Below, piece after piece: positions 14,448-27,200 of a DNA stretch of 64,000 nucleotides. Source of the stretch: Eledone cirrhosa (taxonomy: Eukaryota); assembly GCA_964016885.1 (NCBI GenBank), contig OZ024746.1, positions 63,612,001-63,676,000 on the forward strand, in the 5' to 3' direction. Below the pieces are notes generated by a model. The model had not been told where the DNA came from. It did no database searches and was given only the letters and a program-made list of their open reading frames with translations. Position numbers and translations under genes: made by a program. The number at the start of each line of letters is the position of its first letter. Position 1 is the first letter of the stretch.

Positions 14448-14450
<3 letters not shown>
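13216..14450. repeat. Cluster of small inverted-repeat elements embedded in (TA)n/(CA)n microsatellites (Penelope-like)
   Basis: IR pairs 13216-44/13286-314, 13456-88/13640-72 and 13905-45/13977-14017; related fragment at 14395-14450. Confidence 0.65.
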
Positions 14451-14484
<34 letters not shown>

Positions 14485-14707
14485 GTGTGTGGGTGTCTGT
14501 GTGTGTGTGTGTGAAAGAGAGAGGGAGAGGGAGGACATCATGGAAAACTGAAATCATTGTTACGGATTTCCTTAGTTATAAAAAGTCAGTCAATTTATAT
14601 TGAAACACTTCAAATTGGGAGTGATATCTTTGAATGTTTTGAATATTTCCATTGTTTTAAACAGTCTCTCATATATAAACACAAACCTCTTGTACTCTTT
14701 TAATAAT

Positions 14708-14892
14708 TGTTTCTACTTTAGGCACAAGGCCAGCAATTACCCAGTGCATTACTGGTACTTTATTTTATCGACCCCGTAAGGATGAAAGGCAAAGTCAACC
14801 TCGGCAGGATTTGAACTCAGATGGTAAAGGGACGTAACTATGCTGGAAAGCATGGCGTCCGACCCTCTACCGATACTGCCAATCCACCGCCC
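14708..14892 (-). mobile_element. Young SINE-A copy
   Basis: Near-identical to 60464-60648; flanked by CTTTTAATAAT. Confidence 0.9.
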
Positions 14893-14896
14893 TTTT

Positions 14897-15095
14897 AATA
14901 ATAATAATAATAATGAAAATATTGTGTACAGTGCTCAGGTGTACTACAACTCATCAAAAAGTGTATGTATAGTACATAGGGTAATGTACAACCGTCAGGA
15001 AAATGAACAGTGCATGAGTCATGATGTGTGCATGTGTATGGAAGGTGTACATCAGGTGTAGTTTTGGCATATTTCGGGAAGCATGAGGGTTTTAA
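14897..15095 (-). mobile_element. CR1/L2-type LINE 3' end
   Basis: Reverse complement of about 41342-41544. Confidence 0.85.
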
Positions 15096-15151
15096 GGCTA
15101 TACTGTCTTATGGTTAATTTCTGTTGCATGGAAATAAAAGATTTGTATGGT

Positions 15152-15650
15152 GTCATCATCATCATCATCATCATTACCATCATCATCATCATTACCATCA
15201 TCATTATCCTCACCATCATTATCATCATCACCATTGTGATCATTATCATGATCGTCACCACTATCATATCACCTCCACCACAAACACCACTTATCATTAC
15301 CATCACTACTACCACCACCACAATCATCATCATCATCATCATCACCACTATTATGATCATCATTCTCGTGATCCTCACCATTATCATTATCATAGTCATT
15401 GCCACTATCATTATCACCACCATTATCACCATCTTCATTGTCATCACTACTACTACTACTACCACCCCTACCACCACCACCACCACCACCACCACCATTA
15501 CCACTACATCATTATTACCATCAATATTGTCATCGCCATTACCCCTGTCACCACCACCAGCACGACTACCCTCCTCCTCCTCATCATCAATAGAATTGTT
15601 TTTAAAACAATGATGATTATGATAATGATGATGACAACAACAACAACAGA
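15152..15650. repeat. Degenerate (CAT/CAC/TAC)n trinucleotide low-complexity tract
   Basis: Directly visible. Confidence 0.95.
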
Positions 15651-17939
15651 TATTATACTATCTTTAAGAATGTTTGTAGTATCCTTTACTCCTATATGCA
15701 AATTGGCAGAGTCATTAGAACATTAAATTGAATACTTTGCAATATTCATTCCAGCTCTCTACTCTCTCAGTTTCATTCCTGCCAAGGTCAACTTTGCCTT
15801 CCATCCTTTTCAGGTCGATAAAAAAGTACCAGTCCAGTAATGGGGTCATGTCTTCCTCTATACCCTTTTTCTCACTTCCTCTCTATCATATTCTCTTTCT
15901 CTCCTTCTCTGGAAGATATTGTCTATGATTAGACCTGGAGAAAATAAGGGCTTCGCCAGATTTTACAAAATGCCCAAGAAACGCCATATGTCAATATGGC
16001 GTCCTTATGACTGTACCAAGAGCTACAAATCCATACATACATATATTTATTATTTAAAAAAATATTTTCATATCATATGAATTTATTTACCTACATAAGC
16101 GAAATACCTTTCATAGCTTATCTGATGGTGTCATCACCAGACTGATCATATCATATCACAGGATATTAGTGTCTCATATACTATGAACCAGACAATCAAG
16201 TTGTTGGCACAGTCATTAGAGCGGAAGATAAAATGCCCTGCCATATTTGTTCTGGAGTAATTAAAGTAGTATTTTTTCTGCTTTGAGTCCAAATCTTCCC
16301 AAGATCAATTTTATCTTTCATCCATTTGTGGATCGATAATGTAAATATATAGTCAATGGCTGTGGATTGGCAGAATTGTTAAAGACATATCTTGTATATA
16401 TTCCAGATCTTACTATTCTGAGTTCAAAATCTTCCATGGCCTACTTGGGCAGTGGGTGACTTTATTGGAGTGTACTCTGTTACAAGCATTTGAAATAGGT
16501 CTCCTGTTTCAGGACACCCTCCACTTTCCACTACCACCACCACCACCGCAATGATTGCTGAACTAAATGAAGGGAAGGCTGTTAAAAGAACGTTTGACTT
16601 GCTAGAAGTTAAAGCCAAATTTCCCTTAACTCTTTAAAAACATCAGATACATTAAATGTTTCTACTTATCTTCTTGAGCCAAACAGAGCTTACCAGAGTT
16701 ATGTACCTTGACTATGACTGCGACAACCACAGAAAACATCAACAACAAAAACAAACCCTTTGCTTTTAATATTTAGAGATAATATCTATTACTATCAGTT
16801 TATGATATCTATGTATGTTATGGCAATAATTGTGAAGAAGAGAAGTATTGAAAGTTTATACTTTTAGTTAATTACAGCAAAGATATATTGAAATATTTGA
16901 TTATATACCGCAGTAGTTCTTTGTCTTAATTTGTTGTGGAACCTTTCCGTCAATCACAGAATCTCTACTTATGTTTCATGAACAAGCCACACCACCATAA
17001 TTGATAAAGATATTATATGAAACAAATATTGGTTTGGAAAAATAATTTATTCATATAAAAAACAAAACCAACAAAAAATGAAATTTTATTTAAAAATTCC
17101 TCGTTTGAAACTATGATCCTCAGAATCAAAATATAACATTAAATAAAATAAATAACACGTAGAGAAGAAAAATTAAAGGGGAAAGCGTTACAATAGATAT
17201 AACAAAACGGTGCAAGTTACCCCCCTTTATTAGAACGGTTATTTAATTCATCAAATCTTTAAGTAGTATTTTTAGAATATTATACGTTTTTTTTTTATAT
17301 AGGCAACAAACTGATTATTGATAATCAGATATATCCAGTGGCGATTATCAATGGATAATTATCTCTGTTGACTTGAGAGATCATATCATCCATTTTGTAG
17401 GAATAATAGAAAACGTACAGACACCCAATCTGCCATTTCCAAGATTTAGGTTAACTACCTGAATATTAACAAATTACTTGTTTGCTGCCAACAGTCAGGT
17501 CCAAATTAAATCCTTTTGAGCCCTAAGCACTTAAAAAATTATGGATACCCCTCCCCCGCATATAAAGTATGAAAAAACAATTTTTTTTTATGAGAGATAC
17601 AATTAATTTGAAAGAATAGGGCCCATCTTCCTCTGATACCATAAACACGTACTTATTTTGTTTAATGGTTAATCCAGTGATGCTTACAGTATTGATCAAT
17701 ACCACATTATTAGAGTTATAGCAGTCAGCTGGTATCTAAAAGATGTGGAGTTCGATTCTTCATAGCGACCGCTGGCTCTCCTTTTTCCATCCATAAGGGG
17801 TCTTTACCATATTTTCCCAGCTAATTATAGCAATCAACTGCATGTGAGTTTCTCTAAATCTCCTATGAACCTCATAATCTCTCAGCGCTTCGAAAGTTTA
17901 AATTAAATATAATTGAAGACCAAGACCATTATACCATGT

Positions 17940-18073
17940 ATAAACTGTATAACTTCCACGGTTATTGCCCCTTGATTATATACATCACTTCCTATTTGAT
18001 ATCTACTTCCGTTTTAAAACTAGCTGGAGTCAAGTGAGGGACTTAGAAAGCGCAACCTAATCTTGAAAGCAAA
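17940..18073. promoter_or_regulatory. UQCRFS1 proximal promoter with three ETS/GABP-like ACTTCC motifs
   Basis: ACTTCC at 17952, 17987 and 18005 (ACTTCCGT), just upstream of the ATG. GABP/NRF-2 sites are typical of respiratory-chain gene promoters. Confidence 0.5.
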
Positions 18074-18272
18074 ATGCTTGGTTGTATACCGAAGGGCCTT
18101 GGATCAGCCTCAAAACAAGTGGTATCTCATGTAAATCGTTTTATTATCCCTGAATGTCACATACCAAAAGCCAGTGTTGTTGTAATCGGTGAACCAGTTG
18201 CAGCTCTCACTAGTTATTCTTTAAGCAAGCTGATCCCAAACAAGCCATTAGCTGCTAGTCATGGTCTTACCT
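18074..18272 (+). CDS. UQCRFS1: UQCRFS1 coding exon 1 (mitochondrial targeting presequence)
   Basis: aaaATG start; [10 protein letters not shown]...SHGLT; donor T|gtaagt at 18273. Confidence 0.9.
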
Positions 18273-21200
18273 GTAAGTATATTTTATATTCTAATTATAT
18301 CCTTGCAAACTTTTATTCTATAGATTTGATTTAAAAAAACTTATCTATGTCTCTGCTAAATATTATCCATTTATTAATTATAAAAGAAATCTCACCGTCC
18401 TTAAATAATCACAATGACTTTGATAGTGTGTCTTATTTGTTTTAGAAGGTCACTCACTGACATGTTCGATTACAAGTTTTAACTTTGTGTTTTCTGATTG
18501 TTTCAATAGTTGATTATTTTATGTTAACTATTTAGTAAAATATGTATTATAATTTACTGCCGTCTTATGTCTTTCTCGAATACTCTTACTTTGTCTTTCA
18601 ATGTGGTATTTGTTATCCTTGAATTATTTCCTGCTATTTTGACAACTTTTTTCTACACTGAATGAAGAAATAGAATTAATGGTAAATTTACAGAGCAGCA
18701 CCCTTCTCCCATTCAGTGGGAAATTGTTTTGGTTTTTTATGTGTTTTCAACGAATCTAACCTTCAAATCTGTCGGAAATTACTATTTTTTTTTAGAAAAC
18801 GGAGGGAGGACTTTCGGAGTTTTCGAAAGTAAAAAAGTGTTGCTTCCGACTGATTTGGAGGTTAGATTCGTTGAAAACACACGTAAAAACCTAGCAAAAA
18901 TCAACAATTTCCCACCGAATGCGACAGAGGTGTTGTTCTGTAAATTTACCGAATTAAGAACAAAAAACGTGCGATAGGAAAGATGAGTGCCCGCAGAAGA
19001 AATGCTTCTCTCTAACAAAAGGTTTTGATAAGATCCAAGAATCGTCTGAAGCACTTCTACATTCTTTTGTAAATATACAGTGCTATTTAGACATGGCTTG
19101 AGCCAATACTAGCCGAAAGTTATACTATTACTTACACATATGACATGGTATTTAACACCTTCAGTAGGTTATACTTTTATCGTCCAAGGTTAATTTTGTA
19201 GATATGCTGTTAAATTAATCGTCCTTAATATACTATTGGCATTTTATCAGAGATGGGGGCGTGGATGGGAAGGGAACTTAGTTTGTAGCAGAACTGTAAA
19301 GTATTTAATCGAATACTAGAACCGAATAACTAGGAAATAGCTTTATTCAGCAAGAACAGTTTAGAATAGAGAGACAAATATAATATAGATGATGTATGAC
19401 GTATAACATGATAAAACAACAAACACTGTACTTTTACTCCAGCAAGTATTCCAAATATACGAGGGTTGGCTAAGCTGACCAAGATATTCTCATGGAATGA
19501 CCAAATGAGATTTATTTTTCAATATAGTCTTCAATTTATCAATAAGAAGAGTTGAAATTAATGCATGCAAGATTTCACAGCCCTAGCATCACTTCTTCAT
19601 AGTCAGCCTATGAACTTTTCAGCCATATTAGATGTTTATATAGTAGAAACTAGTAGAAAATTATCTCAATTATTTAGTTTTATCATGAGGTTATTAGGAT
19701 AGTTATTTATTCAAAGCTGTTTATCAATATCATTGTTTAATGTTTGCGTTCCCAACTAGCAAGGGATAGATGGGTTTTCACAGGCCAGGTTTCATTCTGA
19801 AGTGGGTCTACCGACATCCCAGGCAGGTAGGGTCTAATTCTCAAGCACATTATTTGAGGGTAATGTGGATTGGCAGTATCGGTAGAGGGTCGGACGCCAT
19901 GCTTTCCAGCATAGTTACGTCCCTTTACGATCTGAGTTCAAATCCCGCCGAGGTTGACTTTGCCTTTCATCCTTACGGGGTCGATAAAATAAAGTACCAG
20001 TAATGCACTGGGTAATTTGCTGGCCTTGTGCCAAAAGTAGAAACAATTATTTGAGGGTAATGAAAGGGACATTGTCAGGCCTTGTGGTCTTGTTGATTTG
20101 AAGCAGTTAGTAGTGCTTTTGCACTTGGTGTGTATATCACCATCATCATTTTCTCTGTTTGCAAGGGTGGGATGGGTCCTATTCAGCACAGCATCTCTCC
20201 ATTTGTCACGGTCCTTTGTCATCTCCCCCGTGAGCTTCAGCAACCTGAGGTCTGCTCTCACCACCTCCGCCCATGTTTTTTGTGGTCTTCCTCTACTGTG
20301 ATTACTTGGCACTTCTTTACCCAGCGGTAATCCTCCATGCGCATCACATCTCCATACCATCGCAGTCTTCTCTCCCGCACACTACAACTTATTCCTCTTA
20401 TACACAGTTTCTCTCTCAACTCATCTACGCTTGGTCGTTCACGCATATATATATATGTATATAGAAAGTTGCAATGAACATGGTTGACTGGAAAGTGGTA
20501 GTTTTGGAGATGTACACAGCACGTGCAATGTAGAGTTTATCAGAAAGTTGGCAGCAAATATGGATGTCTTGTATAAGTGAGTACATCTTATGGAGATGTA
20601 CATATTGTGTGTTATATGGAGTTTGACAGAAAATGAGTAGCACATATGAATGTCTTCTGTGTGTGATTAGATGTTATAAAGCCATCATGATTAAGAAGTG
20701 AGGAAAAGGAGGATTCTATAAAGAGTTCCTATTGGCAAAGGACCAAAAGGTTTGGCTACAGTTTGGGAGGTATGAGGGATTGTGTAATGTATGGCAACAA
20801 CCTTCATGATCCAGATAATGGTTTTGAAGTTTTAGTACGAGGTTAAAACCATCCATTTTATAGGAGTGGTTGATTTTCTCCAAGATTTGCAGGCCATGCT
20901 GTCTTCCTGAATTGTTGCAGTACAGTTATGAGTGAACTATATAATACTTATCTAAACAAATTTATTTAATCTGTAGATAATGAAAGTAATGTAAACTGAA
21001 GTAAATACTTTTCTTCATTATTATATATCTTTTTAAATTAGATTGATGCTTTTGCAGTGCTGGGTAAAGACCATTTATTTTGTAGGGGTAAGGGATTTTT
21101 CCAAGCATTGTAGGCTGTGTTCTCTACATGAACTGCTACAGCACAGTTTTTAATAAACCAGGTCTTTGAATTATGGTTGTGTAGTATGTGGAGGGACATG

Positions 21201-24200
21201 CCCAAGAGTATTCTTTCAGATATCCACCTAGCTGTTTATGATAGGTCAATAGTGAAACACATCGGTAGATAGTATAGGAATTTTGACCAATCAGCTAACT
21301 TCATCATTATCATCATTTTACGTCTACTTTCCATGTTGGACTGGGTTGGATGGTCGGTCTTAGTATTTTGAAAATATTTAATTTTCTGTTGATTTGCTGA
21401 TGTTTTCAAATACTTGAAATTTTTTACATTATATAAAAAAAAATTAAAAATTGACAGAAATATCAATTTAATTTTTATATTGTTGTTTCTGAAAATGTGT
21501 TAGTTTTTAAAAATTTACTTAAACAAAAGTTTGTTTTTTCCATTTCCAGCAAAAACCCAAGTTCGATTTGCCCACACAGATGTCCAAATCCCAGATTTCA
21601 GTCAATACCGAAGGGAATCTGTAAAAGACAACAAGAAGTCTGCAAGAGACTCTGATATCAGTCGGAAAGGTTTTACTTACCTTATTGCGGCTGGTAAGTT
21701 TATATCGCATATTACTAGATATATACACAACTTAATATTGAATTCATTTTCTACTTTAACCATTTCAATACCAAATTGCCTGAAGCTGCATCATTCTCTA
21801 TATAAAACTGTTTAATTTAAAATGTTTATATTTATCTAAAATCCTCCCATCATAGTTTTATGTAAGAACCTTTGTTAAGTTGTGTTTCAAACTGCAGCTT
21901 AAAAGTGAGAAAGTTAGTTATATTACTAAATATCTAGTTCCAGACTGTAAATGTGGTTGGTCTTAGGAAGGGCATCCAACCGTAGAAAACCTGCCAGATA
22001 GTCCTATATGAGCGAGACACGGTCACCCGACCAACCTTGCCTCAAGTGGGACAACTCCCGTCTAACCCATGCTAGCGTGGAAAATGGACGTTAAGCGAAG
22101 ATGATGATGATGATTTCCAGATTCTTGATTATTTTAAAAACCATAGGCAGCATCTTTCATTAGAAATATAGTAATGAAAGAGTTTACAGTGATTATAAAA
22201 GATAAAACAGTTGACAACTGGAGGAAAACCAAAGGTGTCATTCATTAACCTGTTAAAAGTGGTTCAATAGGCTTACATGATTGGTTTTACTTTAAATTGG
22301 AACTCTTAAAGCCTAAAGGACTCGGGTGCAAGCTTCATTTATAAATGTTTTTTCTCCAAAGTTATTGTTTGTTGTATGTTTGTATTTATGGACCTATAAC
22401 TCCAGATAGAGCCCCTTCCCCTCCAGATCTGGACATAGCTGATTTCTTCCAGAGAAGGAAAAAGAAGTGAGAATGGGATCATCATCATCATCATCACCGT
22501 TTTACGTCCGTTCTTCCGTGCTAGCATGGGTTAGACGGGTTGTCCTGTTGTGGGCAGTGTCTGGTCGGCTGACCATGCCTTGCTCATACAGGAACTGATT
22601 TGGCTTGATTTCTACAGCTGGATGCCCTTCCTAACACCAACCTCATTTACAATGAGTGCTGGGTGCTTTTTCCGTGACGCCTACACGTCCACTTTACAGT
22701 GTGGGCTGGGTGCTTTTTTGCCGTGGCACCTCCACGACCACCTTGCAGTGGGGGGTGTGGGGGCATATTGTCTATATGCTTCAGCTTGTACCCATGGGAG
22801 GTTGGGTACTCTGTATTACTACGTGACGCCAGAGGTCACGGTCGTGTGTCATTGCCATGTAGATGAAGAATTGAACCCTATAGTGGACTGGCATTTTTTT
22901 TTTTTGATCTTGGTGGGATTTAAACTTAGATCATTGAGAGCCAGAATGAATACTACAAAGCATTCTATCCAACGCTCTAATGACTGCCAGATTGCAGTCT
23001 ATTATTGTTTTGTTAAAAATCTATGATATGACTCATTAGTATTTTGGAATAGCAATTTCATTTTGATGAATTAGCTATGGATTTTTTTTGTCTAATAATT
23101 AGACTAACATTGAGATAGTTTTTGACAGCAAATTAACAGAGTTGTTAGAGCATTGGATTAAATACCACGTTTTATCTCTCTGATCTCAAATCTCACAGTT
23201 TCCACCTGACAGTTCAGTGGTTCTCTTTTGTGGGTTGATAAGTTACTTACCATTCCAGGGTAGTGGGTTAGTGAAATTGTTAGAGCATTGGTCAGGGTGT
23301 TCTGTAGTGTGTGTTCTGAGTTTACTCACAGCTGTCACCAGAAAAATAATGACATGTTAGTCCTTGTTTTATTGAATTTTATCAAAACGAATTTTTTTTT
23401 TTTAAATATAGTTTGTATATTTTTACTTTTTCACCCACTCTAGCTGGCTCAATCCCTGCAGTTTACGCAGCAAAGACAGTTGTCCATGAATTTGTTTCTT
23501 CTATGAGTGCATCTGCAGATGTTCTTGCTCTTGCTAAAATTGAAGTAACGCTTTCTGATATCCCAGAAGGTAAAAATGTCACCTTTAAATGGAGAGGTAA
23601 ACCATTATTTGTAAGACATCGTACTGCAGATGAGATAGCTACAGAAGCAGCTGTTGATATAGCAGGCCTGCGAGACCCTCAACATGATTCAGTTCGGGCA
23701 GAGAAACCAAACTGGCTTATTGTGATAGGTGTTTGCACGCATTTAGGTAATGTATTTCTTTATTTAATATTTTTAACTTAAGTAATAATTGTTTCTACTA
23801 TTGCAATTACCCAGTGCATTAAGTAATAATAATACATAATAATATTCATAAGAAAGATTGTGTTTTTTTAAAAAGTTAATTCAGAGCATGATCCTATATT
23901 TGAATTTTTACAAATTATTAGAGTATTGCTTGATAAATTATATCAAATGTAATGTAGAAGTGGCTGTGTGGTTAACAAGTTTACTTCATAATCACATGGT
24001 TTTGGGTTTGATTCTACCCCATGTCTATAGTACACACACACAAACACACATATATATATACATCATCATCATCATGGATTGTTACCTTATGAGAGAAGTC
24101 AGGTGATCATGTCTTGCTCATATGGAACTTTTTGTCTTGATGGCAGATGTTAAATGATAATGATACATATATATATGTTTATCTATGTATGTATAAATTG

Positions 24201-27200
24201 TGCCTCTATAAAGTGGTAATTCTTTTGTTTAAAGCAGAGGTCTCTAACTTGGATTCAAAAGGTCCATAACAATGCTGGAGGAGAGACACAGTGGGCCACA
24301 AGTAAGATGAAGGCAGGGGGCATGATTTCTATCAGATATAATGCTAATAGGCTGTAATTTATTTTTGTTTTAGTAAATGGAGAGTAAATGGGATATGTGA
24401 ATTAATACAGAATGTAGGGGGACAAATTTTGTTTCAAATTTTCCTTAATTCTGTTTTTACTTTGGGTAAATTCCTTTTTTTTTTCTTTTATATTTCATGG
24501 GTAAATTCCAATAAATTGTTTTCTAAATATTATTAAAACAGTAACAAATTATCAAGTTATAGGAAAATATTGGTCATGAAAATTATCCTGCAGTGGGCCA
24601 TAAAAAGTAGCTATGATAAACAACATGAGCATAATGTACAATGTATTGGTTGCTAAACCAACTGCTTAACCTCACAGCAATCTTAGAAATTAAAACAAAT
24701 TTAACCCTTTAGTATTTACATTACTCTATGTAAACTGTCTTTTCCTTGTAAAGGCTTTATCTTACATAATTATCTCATAATATCAAATCTACGAGATTTT
24801 GATATTATTTCCCCATGAAGAATGCACCTCCCAACATAGACTCATAGTCAGCGACCTCATAGTCAGGACAAGACGTACTCGACATCAGAGGAGGACTATC
24901 CTCAGGAGAAAAATATGGAAGCTAAAGGACCCCACAGCCAGTAATAAATTTAAAAGCATATTACTTGATGCCTTCAACAGTAAGGAAGAGCAATTAGAGT
25001 CGTACAATATAGAGGAAGAGTGGGAATTCCTGAAAGCTAACCTGCTGAAGGCGGCAGATGAAGTCTGTGGCTGGAGCAGGCCTATAGGCAGGAGGAGAGT
25101 AACGTGGTGATGGAACAGTAAGGTGGAGGAGTCAATTAAGGCCAAAAAGCAGGCTTGGAAAGTATGGCGGGATGGGAGAAGTAGAGAAGACTATCAAGTG
25201 GCCAGGAGGGAAGCTAGGAGACAAGTGTACTTCGCAAGAAGGGAAGCAGAGGAAAGAAAGTTCAAGCATGTTCTACAACGCGAGGACCAAAAACATGAGG
25301 TGTTCAGGATTGCTAGGCAATGTGTCAAGGAAAACCGTGATATTGTCGGGGAGAAGTGTGTCCTTAATGATGATGGTGTACTTGCCATCACTGACGCTGA
25401 TAAGAAGGTAGCTTGGAAGTGCCACTACGAAAGGCTACTAAATGAGGAGAATAAATGGGAGAAAGACAGTCTCCCCACATCGATCCAATAGAGGGACCAG
25501 CAGTGCTAGTTGAAGGTAGTATAATAAGTAAGGCGGCTAGGCTTCGGAAATAGTTGCTGAAAGCATCTGGAACGGTGGGACACACTATGGTCACCCGGAT
25601 AGTAAACCAAGTCATACAGAATGGGGCTGTTCCGAAGAACTGGCGTAGCAGCATCATCATTAACTGCTATAAGGGTAAAGGAGATGCCCTAGATAGGGGT
25701 AACTATAGAGGCATTAAATTAATCGACCAGGTCATGAAGGTCACAGAAAAAGTAATAGCGCAACTAATCAGAGAACGAATTGATCTAGATGAAATGCAGT
25801 TCGGGTTTGTGTCAGGTAAAAGTACCACAGACGCTCTTTTCATTGTACGACAACTACAGGAGAAGTACCTAGCTAAAAGTAAACCCCTATACTTAGCTTT
25901 TGTTGACTTAGAGAAAGCCTTTGACAGAGTCCCCTGCTCCATTATCTGGTGGGCGCTTAGAAAACTAGGTCTTGATGAATGGCTTGTGAGAGCTATACAA
26001 GCCATGTATAAAGAAACAGTCAGCAAGGTTAGAATTAACAATGAATATAGTGAAGAGTTTAGCGTAAAAGTTGGTGTTCATCAGGGCTCCGTTCTTAGCC
26101 CCCTACTATTTATTATTGCCCTTCAGGCTATAACAGAGGAGTTAAAGACCGGTTGCCCATGGGAACTCCTATATGCAGATGATCTAACGCTCATAGCTGA
26201 ATCAATGGCTGAACTAGAGAAGAAATTCCAAACATGGAAGCATGGCCTAGAATCAAAAGGCCTTAAAGTTAACTTGTCTAAGACTAAAGTTCTAGTTTGT
26301 AGGAAGGAAAATAGGGCACCGGTCCCATCTGGGAAATGGACATGCTCAGTGTGTAGGAAAGGAGTAGGCAGAAACTCCATTTTATGTCCCAAATGCAAAG
26401 TATGGGTGCATAAAAGATGTAGTGGGATCACAGGTAAGCTAACTAAGAACATAGATTTTATATGTGGCCGCTGCTCTGGTGCAATAAGTAGCAGCAAGTA
26501 CCCACAGAATACTAGCTCATTCCATTGCACAGATGGTTCTATAGAAATAGTGGACAGCTTCCGTTACCTGGGTGACAAAATCAGCAGTGGGGGAGGGTGC
26601 TCTGAAAGTACAGTAGCTAGAGTCAGAACGAGAGGGAAAAAGTTCAGAGAGCTTATACCACTATTGGTCGCTAAAGGGTTCTCTCTAAAAATGAAAGGCA
26701 GGCTGTATGATGCCTGCATACGAACAGCAATGTTACATGGCAGTGAGACCTGGGCATTGTGTGCAGAGGATATACGCAGACTGGAGAGAAACGAAGCTTG
26801 CATGCTCCGCTGGATGTGTAATAGTAATATACGTGAACGGCAAAGCATAAACGAACTAAGGGAGAAATTAGGAATAAGAGGGATCAGATGTTGTTTACTC
26901 GAGAGAAGACTACGTTGGTACGGTCACGTGATGCATATGAAAGACAGCTGTATAAAAAAGTGCAGGGCGATAAAAATAGACGGTAGCCACGGAGTAGGCA
27001 GACCCAGAAAAACCTGGGACGACTTGATAAATTCCGACCTCACACACTTACACCTCGCCAAGACAATGTCACTGGACTGAGATCTTTGGCGCTACACAGT
27101 CATACAGAAGACCCGCCTTGCCTAAGTACAAAACGAAACCTACAGTCAAAATACACCCCCGTCGCACTACCCCCACCCCATCCACTTAAATGTGAAGTTA

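Noticed and set aside
13955-14514. Many Tyr/Ile/Cys/Val-repeat ORFs
   Set aside because: Translations of (TA)n/(TG)n microsatellites.
15052-15726. 200-aa His-rich ORF and overlapping poly-Ile/Met/Thr ORFs
   Set aside because: Degenerate (CAT)n microsatellite that is open in most frames on both strands; no splice signals or domain.
25703-26848. Long minus-strand ORFs opposite the RTE ORF (also 34811-35416)
   Set aside because: Shadow frames of the LINE coding sequence.
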